A stretch of DNA of 64,000 nt from Candidatus Heimdallarchaeota archaeon (GCA_018238155.1 JABCTZ010000036.1:96001-160000); one strand, 5' to 3'. Shown: positions 1 through 10,344, numbered from the stretch's first letter. Numbers and translations are program-made. The notes: a model not told the origin generated them from the letters alone.

Positions 1-455
1 ATTGCTAATGTTTCAGCCAAAGTGACAATCTTCTCGATTGCTTTTCGATATTTTTCAATTGTTAGATCTATTTCTGCACTGGAACTAAGAAAACTATAGA
101 ATAATCTTGAATCAGCTTCATCTCTAATTTTCAGTAAATCGAGTTTAGGTACTACAACACCTGCAACATTATTTTCAAAAGCTTCAATCTGCCATATTTC
201 TGGAGCAGCAAAAGCAATTTCTTTCAATCTGAGAGGTCCAACAGCCATTTGTGCATCAATTAATGTCTCATAAGCTTCCAAGGTCAATTTAGAAGAATCT
301 TCACGTAACCCACGAATTGTATCTACTACTTCGAAAAATTGTATAACAAGCGAATCTAACTTTTCTTGGAGAAGATCATGTCCTTTCTCAGCTAATTTCA
401 ATCTATCACGAAGTCTCATTAAATTCATACGAGTTGCTTGAACACCCATGCTCAT
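1..455 (-). CDS. atpD: A/V-type ATP synthase subunit D (5' part; runs off window)
   Basis: Manual reverse-strand translation from ATG at 455 gives MSMGVQATRMNLMRLRDRLKLAEKGHDLLQEKLDSLV..., matching the TRMxL...GHxLLxxK N-terminus of V/A-ATPase D. Missing from the ORF track because it is truncated. Confidence 0.9.
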   Translation of the reverse strand, partial: MSMGVQATRMNLMRLRDRLKLAEKGHDLLQEKLDSLVIQFFEVVDTIRGLREDSSKLTLEAYETLIDAQMAVGPLRLKEIAFAAPEIWQIEAFENNVAGVVVPKLDLLKIRDEADSRLFYSFLSSSAEIDLTIEKYRKAIEKIVTLAETLA

Positions 456-652
456 TGTCTATCTTTCCATCCTTAGATTGTTGGGTTAATATTAATTTTT
501 GTTTCACATTTAAGGTTACTTCTCTTTTTGGAAATAAAAAATAAAAAAAAACTTATTTCTCATACAAATAATATTTAGTCGATTTTTTGTATTTTTGCCT
601 AAGAATATAAATAATAACATCCTATTTATTTTAATAATATGAGTGAAATTCG

Positions 653-904
653 ATGAATAATTCCACAACTTCTGTAATCAATACTAATTTGAAAAAAATA
701 ATTCGATATATTCGAATTAGCCTTCTAGTTAATTTCATAATAACAATCCCACTTACTATATTAGCAATTTTAGCAATAGGTGAGAAAACTATTTTCATTC
801 TAACAATTATTTCAGTAGGATTATTGTGTTTTCAATTCTTTGTTTTACTAGCATTAGATATAATAAGAATGAACAAAGTACGTAAACTCGGCACAACTGA
901 ATAA
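653..904 (+). CDS. Small 2-TM membrane protein, hypothetical
   Basis: 83-aa ORF with two hydrophobic segments and a basic C-terminus. Confidence 0.5.
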   Translation: MNNSTTSVINTNLKKIIRYIRISLLVNFIITIPLTILAILAIGEKTIFILTIISVGLLCFQFFVLLALDIIRMNKVRKLGTTE

Positions 905-1007
905 CAATTTAAATAATTTCTGATTTTTTCTTTTTTTCTTTGTCTCAAACGATATTCAATTATCAAACTAAATTTTATAAATAAGATTTTTCTATTCTTT
1001 CTCTTCA

Positions 1008-2702
1008 TTGAGTTTCACCTTTAATGAAGAACAAGAGAACCGAGGAATAACAATGGTTGATTTATTGAAATCACTAAAAAAAGCTCTTGAAATAAATGAG
1101 AATGTTTTCGAGAGCCTCGAACGTAAGATGTTAATTCAAGAGTGTGTTGATAATAAAGAAGTATGCGTAAGTGCTAATGGTGCTTTAGCTACTTGGACAC
1201 CTCCTGAATCAACTGGGCGTAGTCCTAAAGATACTGTTATAGTAAAACGAACCCAAAGTAAAAATAAAATTGATTGGGATTCTCCTAATTGCATTTCAAT
1301 TACTGAAGAAACCTTTGATATGGCTTGGGAGGATGCTGTGAAGATTCTTGGAGGAGCAGATAAGGTTTATTTCTCTGAAAGATCACTAGGAGCTGATTCT
1401 TCATATACCTTAAGAATTAAAACTATTGGTAACCAAGCTCTCACACAGCTTTTTACATATAATATGTTTCGACCTGTTCATGACGATTATGAAAAGAGTG
1501 TTCTGAATGATGAACCTTTTACTCTTATTGTTCTGCCATACAGTAAATTGGATAGAGAACGTTATAATAGTCGATTACGAAAACTACCAAATGGCAAGAC
1601 AAGTGATATGCTCGTAGCAATGGACTTTGATAGAAAATTAGGCTTAATAATTGGTTCTGCTTATTGTGGTTCAGTAAAGAAATTAATGTTTACTGTAATG
1701 AACTATCTCCTCCCAGAAGTAGGAATATTACCTCTTCATTGCTCAAGTAATGAAGGTCCTGATGGTGATATTGCTCTTTTACTTGGTCTTTCCGGAACTG
1801 GAAAAACTACTCTCTCAGCTGATTCGTCAAGAGCTCTTTTGGGTGATGATGAACATGGATGGAGTGATAACGGAGTTGCTAATTTTGAATATGGTTGTTA
1901 CGCTAAGCTAATCAATCTGAGACAAGATAAAGAACCAGAAATTTACAATGCTATGATGCATAAAGTAGGTTATCTGAATCATGGAGCAATCTTTGAAAAC
2001 ACTATGATGTATCCAAATGGAGAATTTGACTTGTTCGATGAACGTTTAACACCAAATTCAAGAGGATCTTATCCATTATCTTTCTTGTCCAATGTCAAAT
2101 CTCCACCTATAGGCGGGCATCCAAAGACTATTCTCTTCTTAACAGCAGATGCAAACGGTGTAATTCCTCCTGTAGCAAAACTAACTCCAGAACAAGCTAT
2201 GCTCTGGTTTCTAATGGGATATACAAGTAAATTAGCTGGAACAGAAACAGGTATTGAAGAACCTGTGTCAACCTTCTCGAGATTCTTTGGTGAACCTTTC
2301 ATGCCACGAAATCCAGATGAATATGCAATCCTTCTTGGTGAAAAGATGGAAAAGCATGGAACAAAAGTGTATCTAATTAATACTGGTTGGTCTGGAGGAC
2401 CATACGGTGTAGGTAAACGAATGGATATTAACTTAACAAGAAGACTTGTGGATGCTGCATTATCTGGTGAGCTAGAAAGTGCTGAGTATCAACAAGATGA
2501 GATATTTAAATTGAGTGTACCTATATCCTGTAAAGGAGTTCCCGCAGATGTTTTGTGGCCTAGGAATACTTGGAAAGATAAAAAAGCATTTGATGAGCGC
2601 GCATTGAAGTTAGCAAAAGATTTCTGCGAACACTTCAAAAAAGCTTATTCAGATAAGAAAATCGATCCAAATATCGTCAAAACATGCCCCGGTACTTTAT
2701 GA
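1008..2702 (+). CDS. pckA: Phosphoenolpyruvate carboxykinase (ATP); probable start ATG 1053
   Basis: TGRSPKD, LPLHCS, GLSGTGKTTLS (P-loop), LGDDEHGW, GCYAK, NTGWSGG motifs; GAGGA RBS before ATG 1053. Confidence 0.95.
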   Translation: MSFTFNEEQENRGITMVDLLKSLKKALEINENVFESLERKMLIQECVDNKEVCVSANGALATWTPPESTGRSPKDTVIVKRTQSKNKIDWDSPNCISITEETFDMAWEDAVKILGGADKVYFSERSLGADSSYTLRIKTIGNQALTQLFTYNMFRPVHDDYEKSVLNDEPFTLIVLPYSKLDRERYNSRLRKLPNGKTSDMLVAMDFDRKLGLIIGSAYCGSVKKLMFTVMNYLLPEVGILPLHCSSNEGPDGDIALLLGLSGTGKTTLSADSSRALLGDDEHGWSDNGVANFEYGCYAKLINLRQDKEPEIYNAMMHKVGYLNHGAIFENTMMYPNGEFDLFDERLTPNSRGSYPLSFLSNVKSPPIGGHPKTILFLTADANGVIPPVAKLTPEQAMLWFLMGYTSKLAGTETGIEEPVSTFSRFFGEPFMPRNPDEYAILLGEKMEKHGTKVYLINTGWSGGPYGVGKRMDINLTRRLVDAALSGELESAEYQQDEIFKLSVPISCKGVPADVLWPRNTWKDKKAFDERALKLAKDFCEHFKKAYSDKKIDPNIVKTCPGTL

Positions 2703-2713
2703 AATCATATACT

Positions 2714-2755
2714 CAGACCTAAATTTCTTTAGGTTTGCTTTTCTCCCTTTTTTCT
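2714..2755 (+). terminator. Hairpin plus T-tract after pckA
   Basis: CAGACCTAAA-TTTC-TTTAGGTTTG (one G-U pair) followed by a pyrimidine/T run. Confidence 0.55.
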
Positions 2756-2834
2756 TATCAGACAAAATCCAAATGCTTAAAATAGGACGCATTAATTATA
2801 ATAAGAAAAAGAGATTTTTATCTAACAGAGTAAG

Positions 2835-3740
2835 GTGTCTTATTTGGCGATTAATGAAGAGATAGATGAAGCATTATTGCAACTTCAAGATTCAGATGAA
2901 AACATTCGAAGTCAAGCAGCACTTTCATTAGGTTGGATGGGTGAAAAAGAAGTAGTTAACCCTTTAATTCATATACTTCTAAATGATGATTCTGAAAAAG
3001 TGCGTGCTAATGCTGCAATGTCTCTAGGTCAATTGGGATTTGAGGAAGCTATTGATTCTTTGATTAAATCTTTGAAAGACGAAGATTATAGTGTTAGAGG
3101 AATGAGTATCTATTCCTTAGGTCTAATGAAAGCAACATCTGCATTAAAACCTCTAATAAAGGTTTTGAAAAATGATCCTGATAGAGAAGCTAGAATTGCT
3201 GCCGCTGAATCCTTAGCACAATTAGGGAAGGAAGAAGCAATACAACCTTTAGTTTTCACATTTGTGAATGAAGAGAATAAGGATGTAAAAAGAGAGGCAA
3301 AAGCATCTTATGAAAAATTAACTAAATTGCATAATACAAAAGGTATTGAGTTATTGGTTAAAGTAGAAGAAGCAGAGAAAACAAAACGGGCAATTTCTTT
3401 TCATCAAAAAGAACGTGATAAGATTATCACTGGTTTACAAAATAAAGAAATTGAGAAGAAACACTCCGAAAAAATTGCTACAATAGTTATGGAGCTTCCA
3501 CAACAACTTGATTTTGCAATTCACGATGAAAAAATCCCCTATGATGCAATTTGCAAAGAATTCGAATGTGACGATATCTCTTTAGAACTTGCTTTAAACC
3601 AAATACCCAAAAAACATTTCAATATTGAAATTGATTCAGCAAATAGGCTTTTCAAAGTTATTAAACCACAATCAGAACTAAGTGATGAAGCAAAAATGAA
3701 GATTAAATTACTTCGAAAGAAATTTGGTATTTCGTGGTAA
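2835..3740 (+). CDS. HEAT (PBS-lyase-like) repeat protein with C-terminal winged-helix/PCI-like region
   Basis: Repeated VRxxAAxxLG units over the N-terminal ~160 aa; C-terminal IPYDAICKEF...LE..L...IEID pattern. Confidence 0.8.
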   Translation: MSYLAINEEIDEALLQLQDSDENIRSQAALSLGWMGEKEVVNPLIHILLNDDSEKVRANAAMSLGQLGFEEAIDSLIKSLKDEDYSVRGMSIYSLGLMKATSALKPLIKVLKNDPDREARIAAAESLAQLGKEEAIQPLVFTFVNEENKDVKREAKASYEKLTKLHNTKGIELLVKVEEAEKTKRAISFHQKERDKIITGLQNKEIEKKHSEKIATIVMELPQQLDFAIHDEKIPYDAICKEFECDDISLELALNQIPKKHFNIEIDSANRLFKVIKPQSELSDEAKMKIKLLRKKFGISW

Positions 3741-3862
3741 TTTTCCAAATTATTTCGTTTTTGCAAAAATGATTTTTTTCATAAAAATACCTTTTACTTC
3801 TATCAATCCTTAAAATAAAAAATTGGTTGCTAAAAATGGACCAAAAGATTAATAGAAATCGC

Positions 3863-4786
3863 TTAATTCTTTCTTTTTCTTTTGATAACTATGCTACAAA
3901 TAACTAAAGCAGATAAGCTGACAAAAGTAATCACAAATTGATAACCTGAAATAAACCCTGAATAGTTATAGAATTTAAATCCTGGTAGAGAATAACTGCT
4001 TTCTTTACAAATAATTTCAATTGATTCATATATAATCACTTCTTCTAGTGTACCAGAAACACTCGTTGAAATACGATATCCGAGCAATATTCCCGTTAAA
4101 CTGTCCCAAATAAATTTAATATTGTGACTAAAATTAATATCAATTTCTAAAGAATCATTAACAAAAGATCCATGAATATAAATATCTAAAATAGCTTGAT
4201 TTTCTTGAATTTCAAAGAAAGATTCAAAATATGCCTTATAATCATAATTACTTTCTTTTGATTTGTGATAGTCTATACTGGCTATTTCTCTGAAATGATC
4301 CCAGAGTGAATCTTCAGGTTCAACAAAAAACCAAGAATTCATTTCAGGTCCAAGATCTATTTCTTGTTTATTGAATCCTTGAAGTGATAATCGTAAGATT
4401 TCTTGCTCTGGATAATAGAGGAATTTTTCCAATTCAAAAAGAAATAAATCGCTAGCAATTTCTCCAGATGCTGTTGCTGTGGAATTATCAACAATAAATT
4501 CAATACCAAGCTGTTCATCAACACTAATAATTTCAACATCAAAAGTATTTGATGGTGCAACTTTCACTCCCTTGAAATTTACTCCTTCGCTACCACTTAA
4601 TTGATCGCCAATCTGAATATTCCAACTTGCGTCTTCTATTGTATAATTAACAACAGTTTTGTCATCAACCTTCCAAACACTTTCTATATCAATTACTGAA
4701 TTTTTACCAAAGTAAGGGCTAAGTATGAGAATAAAAATGATGATCAGAAACAAAGATTGTTGTTTTTTATTCAAAGACCATATCAC
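3863..4786 (-). CDS. Secreted/surface protein with C-terminal membrane anchor
   Basis: N-terminal hydrophobic signal, beta-rich acidic body, C-terminal SGY-TM-KRKRK. Confidence 0.7.
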   Translation of the reverse strand: MIWSLNKKQQSLFLIIIFILILSPYFGKNSVIDIESVWKVDDKTVVNYTIEDASWNIQIGDQLSGSEGVNFKGVKVAPSNTFDVEIISVDEQLGIEFIVDNSTATASGEIASDLFLFELEKFLYYPEQEILRLSLQGFNKQEIDLGPEMNSWFFVEPEDSLWDHFREIASIDYHKSKESNYDYKAYFESFFEIQENQAILDIYIHGSFVNDSLEIDINFSHNIKFIWDSLTGILLGYRISTSVSGTLEEVIIYESIEIICKESSYSLPGFKFYNYSGFISGYQFVITFVSLSALVICSIVIKRKRKN

Positions 4787-4960
4787 CGAGCAGCTTAGTT
4801 CTATTTATTGATTATATTATCTGAACAAAAGATAATTTAAACTCTTGCTTATGATTGGAGAGAAAGAGCTCTAACGAAAGAAACTTTTTATTTTTAGAGA
4901 ACTACTTGGAAATTGAAGTATAGTTAAAAAAATATTTCCTTTGCAGGAGAAGCAATTAAA

Positions 4961-6214
4961 ATGAAAAAAATTACTATTGGAAATTTGTTAAGCGAACCGG
5001 GAAAAAGAGTTTATGGTTATCTAGATATTCTAGAACATCCTGTAGGAACAGTTGAACGCTTGCCTGTAATAATTGCTCAAGGAGCAAATGAAGGACCCAC
5101 ATTTTGGTTAACTGCTAATATTCACGGAGATGAATATACAGGAATATCTGTGATTCATAAAGTGATTAACACAATCGATCTGAGTAAATTGAAGGGAACA
5201 ATAGTTGCAATTCCAACATTGAATCCCGCTGGTTCAAGGGTCTGTCAAAGATACCCTTATTACGATAGAAAAGATCCAAATAGATTATTTCCAGATGGAA
5301 ACCCTTTCAAAGACAAAACTTTGAAATCCTTTGATGTTTCAAAAGTATTACGTTCTGAAGAAGACGAGAACTTGGTGGATGAAATATCGATAAGAACAAA
5401 ATCCCAAGTAGAAATAATGGGCATTTCAGAAGATGATGAGATAGATAATTTATACGAAAAATTCGAAGCTGACAATCTCTATCCCTCAATTCAAGAAATC
5501 ATTTTCAAACGTTTGTTTGCAATAATCAAGGAATCTGCTGATTATTTACTTGACTTACACAATGCCTTTCTAAAATCCATTCCATTTGTTTTTCTAGATA
5601 GAGTTCTTTATAATCCTGAATCTGAGGATCAAACTCTTGAAGAAGCAACTGCACTTTTCAAATTGACTGAGGAAATGGCTAAAGCATTCGGATTAACAAT
5701 TGTTAGAGAAGCATTGCCCGAAAAATATATTTCCAAAAAGCTTCACCGGTCAACCTCAGGTGCAGCATTGAATTATTTGAGAATCCCTTCATACACAGTT
5801 GAGCTGGGTATGTATTTAGATGTTGAACCCGAAGTTGTTGATGCTGCTACAACAGGGATATTCAATGTCCTATCTTGGGCAAAAATGCTTCCAGGTGAAA
5901 TTAAGAAATTAACCGGTGTAAGGGTTGTTGCTGAAAATGAATCTGTAAGATATCTTGGTCATCCAAGAACATCTAAATCAGCAATAATCGAGCTCAAAGT
6001 AGAAAAAGGGGATTATGTGAAAAAGGGTGATGTAATTGCCATCGCTCGAGATATTTTCGGGAGAGAAATACCCGACGTAGGCGAAATAAAAACTGAGGTA
6101 GATGGATATATTTTCATGTTTAACGAAGGGATTATTCGATATCCCAATGAGGAAATTTGTTGGATAGCTATAAAAGACAATCATCTAATGATAGATAAGT
6201 GGCCTAAGAATTGA
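4961..6214 (+). CDS. Succinylglutamate desuccinylase/aspartoacylase family (M14-like Zn hydrolase)
   Basis: IHGDE, NRLFP, DLHNA, TVELG motifs; C-terminal barrel-sandwich (VEKGDYVKKGD); acidic ~60-aa insertion after NRLFP. Confidence 0.85.
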   Translation: MKKITIGNLLSEPGKRVYGYLDILEHPVGTVERLPVIIAQGANEGPTFWLTANIHGDEYTGISVIHKVINTIDLSKLKGTIVAIPTLNPAGSRVCQRYPYYDRKDPNRLFPDGNPFKDKTLKSFDVSKVLRSEEDENLVDEISIRTKSQVEIMGISEDDEIDNLYEKFEADNLYPSIQEIIFKRLFAIIKESADYLLDLHNAFLKSIPFVFLDRVLYNPESEDQTLEEATALFKLTEEMAKAFGLTIVREALPEKYISKKLHRSTSGAALNYLRIPSYTVELGMYLDVEPEVVDAATTGIFNVLSWAKMLPGEIKKLTGVRVVAENESVRYLGHPRTSKSAIIELKVEKGDYVKKGDVIAIARDIFGREIPDVGEIKTEVDGYIFMFNEGIIRYPNEEICWIAIKDNHLMIDKWPKN

Positions 6215-6240
6215 TTTCTTCATTTTATAAATAAATTATT

Positions 6241-7719
6241 ATGAAGAAAAAGCCAAATAAAAATCTGTATTTGAGGTTTTGTGTTATGTCTTCTTATCTT
6301 TCAAAATTAAAAACGAAAATTCTTTTATGTCTGTTGATTACAGCAATGTTCTTTCCCGCAATACTTTCAAAATGTGAACTTACCCAAGATAGACTTTCAA
6401 TAGATTATATTCAAGCTGCACAAACAGGTCCACAAGTTTTTGATTTTCATGTAGCGATATCTCCTTCAAATAAGCTTCATTTAATTTACAGAGAAAAGAT
6501 CGGTGATATTGACCAAATTTGTTACCTTGAATCTTCCTCTAAATATGTTTGGAATCAATCAAAAAATATTCTGATAGCAGAAAATAACACACATAAGTTC
6601 TCAAGTAGACCTTCTATTACAACGAAAAATGAAGAGCTATTTGCAGTTTACGGGTTTGAGAAAGGCGAGAAAACAGGAATAATTTTACTTGTACGCAATG
6701 CAACCACTAAGATTTGGTCTAGTAAAATCGTGATTGAAGATATAGAAGGATCTATTTCCAATCCAATTATTGCATATAATGCGAATCAAACTAATTTTTG
6801 GTTATCTTGGGAAGATAATCATGAGGGATTTTATAATCAATATCTGATGACTGGTAATAGCTCCTCTTTACTTTGGGTTGCACCAACTAGATTATCATCG
6901 AATGAGTCGTATAATAGCCTTCATGGAAATTTCATATTAGATGAAGATGGAAACGGTCACTTTGTTTGGAAAGAAGGTCTGGAAAGTCATGAAAAGATAT
7001 TATATAGTAAAGTGTATTCTAACGGAACACTCACAGCTATAGAAGAAATTACAGATGGAACTTATAGATGCATTAAACCTGCTATTATAATTGATCAAAA
7101 CAAAAAAATTAATGTTTTTTGGAATAATCATTCTGATCCTAATCCCGGGCTATTTCTCGGAACGAAATTTATTTATTCAAGTATAAGAGAAAATGACAAT
7201 TGGAGCACTCCATTTGAAGTTGGTCCTTTTATTCCCGAAGGAAGACCTTCTTCGGGTGAATCAGACGCTTTTACTGCTGCTGTTTGTTTGCTAAAACCTA
7301 CGAATGAACTCTGGCTGGCATACGAGATTACTGAGGATTATGCCTATCATTCTGGAATTGATATTAGAAATAGAGAAGGCGCTTCCTGGCAACCAAGTAG
7401 CTTTCTATCGTTAGTTAATAACCGCGCAAAAGATCCGCAATTATTAGCTTCTACAAATGGTGATCTTATCTGCTTTTGGATAGATGCTCGTGCAGTTACA
7501 AATCAGGTTTATTTCCGCATTCGATTTGCTAATGAAGCATGGTCAAATGAAATTCCTTTAACAGCTTTCAAACAAAATTACTTTTCAACTATTTGGTTAT
7601 ATGTTTTAATAATAATTGTTACGGTAATAATACTAGCTATTCCTTCTATCGTGGTGCGAATTATATATAAGAAGAGAAAAGAGAAGTATATTCGAGAAAA
7701 AATTAGGAACTTGGGTTAA
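6241..7719 (+). CDS. Membrane-anchored extracellular beta-propeller-like (BNR/sialidase-like repeat) protein; probable start 6286
   Basis: Signal-like N-terminus, repeated PxIxxxxxGxxHxxW / WSxP units, C-terminal TM plus basic tail. Confidence 0.65.
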   Translation: MKKKPNKNLYLRFCVMSSYLSKLKTKILLCLLITAMFFPAILSKCELTQDRLSIDYIQAAQTGPQVFDFHVAISPSNKLHLIYREKIGDIDQICYLESSSKYVWNQSKNILIAENNTHKFSSRPSITTKNEELFAVYGFEKGEKTGIILLVRNATTKIWSSKIVIEDIEGSISNPIIAYNANQTNFWLSWEDNHEGFYNQYLMTGNSSSLLWVAPTRLSSNESYNSLHGNFILDEDGNGHFVWKEGLESHEKILYSKVYSNGTLTAIEEITDGTYRCIKPAIIIDQNKKINVFWNNHSDPNPGLFLGTKFIYSSIRENDNWSTPFEVGPFIPEGRPSSGESDAFTAAVCLLKPTNELWLAYEITEDYAYHSGIDIRNREGASWQPSSFLSLVNNRAKDPQLLASTNGDLICFWIDARAVTNQVYFRIRFANEAWSNEIPLTAFKQNYFSTIWLYVLIIIVTVIILAIPSIVVRIIYKKRKEKYIREKIRNLG

Positions 7720-8261
7720 AACAGGAAATCTTCTGCTGTTTTCTTTCTATCTTTTCCTTCTGGTTTTATTTTCTCTACTAATTCAAAATAAATTTCTTTT
7801 GGGAATTTTATTCCAAGAAATCTTGCAACAATTTTTTCTTTCTTTTTCTTAGAATGAGCAATAAAGAGAATTGTTCCAAAATCAAACCTACTGGAAAGTA
7901 TAGGCATCTTTCTAACTTTAATATATAAGATATCTGAGTATTTGATAACTTTCTTTTTCTTTGGACGGTAAATATTTATTAATTCAAATGAGTTATCCCC
8001 AATCCAATATCTCCTTGAATTAATTGATATATAGATGACAGCAAATACAAAAAAGAATACAAATGCTACAATTGACCAAATAATTTTAGAGTACAAATCT
8101 GGATTTGAACTGACTTGTACAATTGGGTCTACTACAAAATAGATTATTGCAAAAAATAAACTATTAATTATTAATGCTAACGCTAGAAAAGTGATTATAT
8201 ATGCTGTACTTGGAGTAACTGAATAATTTGCCGGTTTTTTTGAATTCATAAAATTTACCAC
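7716..8261 (-). CDS. 2-TM membrane protein with bacterial PH-like domain
   Basis: Two TMs followed by RYWI...IKYSDI...FDFGTI..GIKFP, typical of bPH domains. Confidence 0.6.
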   Translation of the reverse strand: MVNFMNSKKPANYSVTPSTAYIITFLALALIINSLFFAIIYFVVDPIVQVSSNPDLYSKIIWSIVAFVFFFVFAVIYISINSRRYWIGDNSFELINIYRPKKKKVIKYSDILYIKVRKMPILSSRFDFGTILFIAHSKKKKEKIVARFLGIKFPKEIYFELVEKIKPEGKDRKKTAEDFLF

Positions 8262-8461
8262 TACAAATACTATTATTTCAATTACTAATTATAGTTTTGT
8301 TGTATTCCAATTAAAAGTAGTACTAAAAGTCATTGAACTATTTTGTTGTTAAAAAATCAACAGCAAACAAATCATAATAATTCTGTATGGATGCTCTCTG
8401 GATCATAACGTGGTTTTGCTAATGACAAAAAGAGATTTCAAAATAGTTGAAAGAGGAGTAC

Positions 8462-9136
8462 TTAATCCTCTTCATTTTCTGATTGTTCTTCAGGTTCCTT
8501 AGTACTTTCTTCTGTTAGTTCTTTAGAAATTTCTTCAGCTACTTTTTCGATAGCTTCTTCATCAATTTCTTCTTCAACTTCTTCAGCCGCATCTTCTATT
8601 GCTTCTTCAACTGCTTCTTCAATAATTTCTTCAACAGCTTCCTCTTCTTCAATAGAATCTTCGATTTCGTCTTCTTCCTCTGTCATTTCCTCTGCGATTT
8701 CTTCTGCGGTATCTTCGTCAATATCTTCTTCTTCTATGGAGTCCTCTATTGCATCTTCAATTGCGTCTTCAATGGATTCTTCAACTGCTTCTTTTTCAAT
8801 CAAATCTTCTTTTGCTTCCTCAACGAACTCCAATTCTTCATCTTTATTAACGACTTTCCTTTCTTGTTTAGTTTTCTTGGTTCCAGCTTTTCTTCTAATG
8901 AGTCCTATGATTATTATTGTAATCAGAATTATTATTCCAATAATTACCAGAGCTGCGCCAATTAAGAACAAAATTATGAAAATTATTGGTAAGTCATCAA
9001 CAGTTTCAATTTGATCTGTTAAAGTCATCAAAGTAGGAACAATGACTAATAACAAACCCAAAATAGTAAGTGCATAAGCAGCTGCTCCTGCTTGACTACT
9101 TATTCTTCTTTTTTTAGGTTCTTCATTGGATGTCAT
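8462..9136 (-). CDS. 2-TM membrane protein with long Glu/Asp-rich tail
   Basis: Two TMs, a basic stop-transfer segment, then ~125 aa of E/D/A/I low-complexity sequence (IEDAIEDAIEDSIEEE). Confidence 0.75.
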   Translation of the reverse strand: MTSNEEPKKRRISSQAGAAAYALTILGLLLVIVPTLMTLTDQIETVDDLPIIFIILFLIGAALVIIGIIILITIIIIGLIRRKAGTKKTKQERKVVNKDEELEFVEEAKEDLIEKEAVEESIEDAIEDAIEDSIEEEDIDEDTAEEIAEEMTEEEDEIEDSIEEEEAVEEIIEEAVEEAIEDAAEEVEEEIDEEAIEKVAEEISKELTEESTKEPEEQSENEED

Positions 9137-9369
9137 AATTATTTACTATCCTTATCAAAATTAAATTTTTTGTAGGTGATAATTCAGCTGTTTTTTTTTA
9201 AAAAAGGTATTTCTCCATTTAATTTTGAAATTATGTGAAAAAAACCTTCCACTTTAGTATTCTAAATAAAATTCTTTTGCTTGTCAAAGAAAGTAAATGA
9301 CTATCGTTAATAGAGATAGTACAAGTAGTTAATTGCTATTCATTAAATGACGCTAAGGAGAATAATTCC

Positions 9370-9771
9370 ATGGAAATTGAAAGTAAATGGTTAGATAAAT
9401 ATCGTTTTTCAGTAACGAATGGTAGAAATGATCCAATAATAATCGATGTTGGACCTGATTATGGTGGCAAAGGACCTGCTGCTCTGGAATTGGTAATAAT
9501 GGCTTTAGCAACATGTTTAGGTACAACATACAAAATGATTGCTGATAAAATGCATCTCTCGATTTCAGCAATAAATGTGAAAGCAATTGCAAATAAAGAT
9601 GAGAAAGACTTCATCACTGACGTTCATTTGCATGTTTATGTTTCTTCTAAAGATTCCACTGAAAAACTGGAAAAGACACTTGAACTTGCCGAAAAGAATT
9701 GTCCTGTAGATAATATCTTTCATCAAACACAAATTCCCACAGAAGCTACTTTACACATTGATTCTAGCTAA
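9370..9771 (+). CDS. OsmC/Ohr-like family protein
   Basis: GPAALEL..ALATC ... EKNCPV two-Cys pattern. Confidence 0.85.
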   Translation: MEIESKWLDKYRFSVTNGRNDPIIIDVGPDYGGKGPAALELVIMALATCLGTTYKMIADKMHLSISAINVKAIANKDEKDFITDVHLHVYVSSKDSTEKLEKTLELAEKNCPVDNIFHQTQIPTEATLHIDSS

Positions 9772-9786
9772 TAGTTTTGCTTTTAG

Positions 9787-9818
9787 AAAAATGAGGTATT
9801 TTTTCTCCTCATTTTTTC
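9787..9818 (+). terminator. Hairpin between the OsmC paralogs
   Basis: AAAAATGAGG ... CCTCATTTTT inverted repeat. Confidence 0.45.
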
Positions 9819-9936
9819 ATTATTTAAATTCCCTTATTTGTACTTTGAAACAGCAAATTTTCGTAAAATCCGTAACGTTTATTTAAGTTAAAAATTCGCA
9901 GATTGAACTGAATAATTTCCGGAGGAAATTAAATCT

Positions 9937-10344
9937 TTGAAATCCGTATACAGATTAGCAAAAAACTTTCATGCCGTTGTAGATAACGGTAGAACACATT
10001 CAATAGCAATTGATTTACCACCTAATAATGGTGGGGAAGATTTAGGCGCCACCGCGCTTGAATTATGCGTTATGGGATTATCTGGTTGCATTGGCACTAT
10101 TTTTGCAAAAATAGCTAAAAAAATGCGTTTAACAATCACTCATTTAGAGGTTGATCTTGAAGCATTCAAAGGACCTAGTGATCCAACCATTACCAAGATC
10201 ACAGCCAAAGTTTTTGTAACCTCTCCTGATGGTCTTGAAAAATTAAATAAATGTTTGGAACTAACACTTGCATCTTGTCCTGTTGGAGTAATTTTTACAA
10301 ATGCAAATATACCAACTGAAGTAACTTTAGAGAAAGTAGCATAA
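9937..10344 (+). CDS. OsmC/Ohr-like family protein (tandem paralog)
   Basis: GATALELCVMGLSGC ... ASCPV; shared NGRxxxIxIDxxPxxGG with the upstream copy. Confidence 0.85.
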   Translation: MKSVYRLAKNFHAVVDNGRTHSIAIDLPPNNGGEDLGATALELCVMGLSGCIGTIFAKIAKKMRLTITHLEVDLEAFKGPSDPTITKITAKVFVTSPDGLEKLNKCLELTLASCPVGVIFTNANIPTEVTLEKVA

